This document shows positions 61,519 through 64,000 of a stretch of 64,000 bases of DNA, one piece after another (positions within the stretch are counted from its first letter, which is position 1; every line of letters starts with the position of its first letter). The translations under genes and the position numbers were made by a program. Location: the NCBI RefSeq assembly GCF_000143415.4, contig NW_003314268.1, positions 1,348,672-1,412,671 on the forward strand, read 5' to 3'. The stretch comes from Selaginella moellendorffii. Lineage: Eukaryota; Plantae; Lycopodiophyta. The notes under the pieces are model-generated. The model saw nothing but the letters and a program-made list of their open reading frames with translations. It was not told where the DNA came from and ran no database searches.

Positions 61519-62574
61519 ATGCCGTGGCGCGGGTTGTTTGTTTCGAGCATATCGACGCAATGCGGGTCTTCCAGTGATTTGTTCGATGTCTCGGCATTGC
61601 TGCGGCTAGGAGGAGCAAAGGCGGCGCTGGATTATCTCGATTCCAGGCAAGGTCGAGATGGTTTCTTGGATTCTTCCACGCTCGCGAGGTTGCTGCTGGA
61701 TTGTGGAAGATCCAGCGCTCTCGCGGAGGGCCGGCGCGTCCACGAGTACGTTGTGAGATCCAGGTTTGTCCGCGACGCGTTCCTTGGCAATCACCTCGTC
61801 CATATGTATCTCAAGTGCCAGAGCTTCGACGAGGCCGAGAGGGTTTTCCAGAGCGCTGCTTGTGAGAGCTTTGATGTTGCAACGTGGACAGCAGTGATCG
61901 TCGCTAGAGCGGGGCTCGGGAAATGGAAGTTGGTGTTTGGTCAGCTGGATGAGATGGATCGGAGAGGGATTCCACCGGACAGGGTCATGATCAAGACGTT
62001 GCTCACTGCTTGTACCAAGCTCGGTGCTCTGGAAGAAGGGAAACTTATCCAGGATCGTCTAGCAGGAACCCAGCTCGAGCTCGATATTGGTGTGCGCAAC
62101 CTCACGATCAACATGTACGTGAAGTGTGGTTGCCTAGATGGAGCAGTGCAAACTTTCGCGAGGATGAAGCGACGGGATGTGGTCTCCTGGACTGTGATGA
62201 TCGGAGCTTACTCACAGGATGGGAAGTTCAGCCTCTCGCTCCAGCTCTTCCGGGAAATGCTGCTCGAAGGGACTGCTCCAAACAGTGTCACCTTTGTCAG
62301 TATCTTGAGCGGCTGCGAAGCACCATCTTTACTCGAGCAAGGGAGGCAGATTCACGCTCTAGTGGTGGAGAGCAGTCTCGAGTCACACGTCGTTGTAGCG
62401 AATTCTCTGCTGGGGATGTATAGCAGATGCCGCAGCTGGGAGGATTCGAGAAGTTTGTTCGACAGAATGAGCGTCCGAGACTCGGTTTCATGGTCGACGA
62501 TCATCATGGCCTACGAGGAGTTTACCGGAGTTACACGAACTACGGGAATATTCCGAGAATATTCCATGGCCTAG
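61519..62574 (+). pseudogene. PLS-class PPR gene truncated by adjacent retroelement sequence
   Basis: P-L-S repeats (GRRVH, FLGNHLVHMYLKC, RDVVSWT, GRQIH) stop mid-repeat after SWSTIIMA, with no E/DYW domain. Gypsy-like DNA follows. Confidence 0.75.
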
Positions 62575-64000
62575 CTCTCCTGTTCGCTTCATCGGTGATG
62601 GCGGGTGAGTAAGATATTGATCTTCATGAGGAGTATGGTGTTAGTGATAATGGCCATGATGATGTGGAAGAGACTCTTAATGATGTCATTGTGTGTTAGA
62701 TTTCTGAGGTTCAGAGCGACGTAACAAGTTCGTGATTACCATTGGTATGTCAAGTATGCCAAGGATTATAGTATCGTGGAATGGAAATCATCACCGGATG
62801 TTTGTAATAGTCAATAGGTTGATTCTTGGTTAGAATTGTGAGAAAGTTGTTAGTCTCACAATCCTTGTGAGGATAAGGTGAAGATAGATTTCTTTGTGAT
62901 GAAGTTTACGGGCTATGCTTATTCGTGGTGAAAGAACTACATTAAAGTTAATTCGAAGCCGACTTCTTAGACTGATTTGACAAAGGTTTTCTACACTTCG
63001 TTTGTCAAAAAGTTTGAAGAAGTTAATCTCGTGAACTAGCTATTAAAAATTTAACAAAGGACTTTGTCTTTGAATGCATATGCCCGCAAGTTCTATGATC
63101 TTTGCCTTAATCTCATGGGCACCTATAATGAGCTGTTAAAAGTGCAATGTTTCATCAAAAAATTGAGCTTAGTGGATATGTAGCAAAAGGTCAAAAAGGA
63201 TTTTCCTACAACATTGACTGATGCAATCACTAGGGCTCAGATCTTTTCACCCAAACTGTCAGTCAACTTAGTCAACTCTAGTCAACAGGATGGTCTATGG
63301 GGAGGTCAACGTGATAACCAAACCACCAATACTTCATCTTTAGAGAAGAAATTCCTATTATTCTATCATAGCTTGAAGAGTGGAGATGGTAATGAGGCCA
63401 AAAGACATTGTTTGGACTAATGAGAGAAGGATAAAGCAGAGGGCAATTATTTTCATTGCCATAGGGCTGAACATTAGAGCAAAAATTGTTCTGAAAGGGT
63501 CAATGAATGAATGAATGGCAACATTATCTATATGGATCAGACTTCCATGTGGATTTAGATCATCAATCTCTCTAATATTTCAGTCGACAAAAGGATCTTC
63601 GAGACCGCCTTGCTCATTGGCAAGAGTTCCTATAGGAAATGTTTGTTAAAATCCAGTACAAGTATAGAGGTGACAATAAGGTGGCTGATGTATTATCCAG
63701 GATGGTAAATTCTATCTTGTTCATAAAGTTATCCAGCGATCTCTTAGATGAGCTTAAGGAGTTTGCTGACTTCGACTCCTTTATCACTAATATTTGCGCG
63801 AAGGTTTTGTTGAGGGACGCCTCTACAAATTTGAAGGGTAACAAGTTTGCATCATTCGAAATACGAGATGGAATTCTAGTGAAGAAGGGACATGTAGTGG
63901 TTTCTCGTGTTAACAAACTCATCAAACAAATTTTGGTTGAGTGTTATGATGTGCCAAGTGTTGGGCATTCGGGGGTATTGAGAAAGTATATTTTGGTGAA
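62520..64000 (+). mobile_element. Degenerate, internally deleted Gypsy element running off the window
   Basis: Gag-like AYSW*..*TDL..F..Q...L.AY..KF, Zn-knuckle remnant FHCHRAEH*SKNC, IQYKYRGDNKVADVLSR (RNase H end), ECYDVPSVGHSG (integrase H-H). Left boundary approximate. Confidence 0.8.

Overview
Eukaryotic plant genomic DNA, most likely the lycophyte Selaginella. This is inferred from 50-60 nt introns, very short head-to-head intergenic spacers and PLS-type PPR genes rich in short repeats. Two gene-dense blocks (1.5-8.1 kb and 34.7-62.6 kb) flank an AT-rich transposon-derived region (8.6-34 kb). Genes in order: MRPL43, an orphan secreted repeat protein, alpha-expansin, intronless DCAF13/Sof1, a PLS-E PPR, two copies of a B-lectin-like GPI-type protein, an EF-hand mitochondrial carrier (plus a deleted pseudogene copy), TIR1/AFB, PLGG1, LEA_2, a Ser-rich unknown protein, a CRINKLY4-related kinase, DPM3, CNX5/MOCS3, CYSTM and a truncated PPR. 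The middle holds a three-level nest with exact junctions: an old Gypsy pol, interrupted by a Helitron (A|TC...CTAG|T, 18969-30952), itself interrupted by a young LTR element (22041-29434, TSD TCCTT). The most striking observation is that this LTR element encodes no recognisable protein. Its 4.1-kb interior and the non-repeat parts of its LTRs are an almost unbroken chain of short stem-loops with purine-rich loops, G-U pairs on the sense strand and two tRNA T-arm/B-box motifs, making it a candidate hairpin-array non-autonomous retroelement. Also noted: a P-element-like transposase relic, an HSPA12-type Hsp70 relic and a Helitron-captured WD40 fragment. All calls were made by eye; no folding or database search was run.
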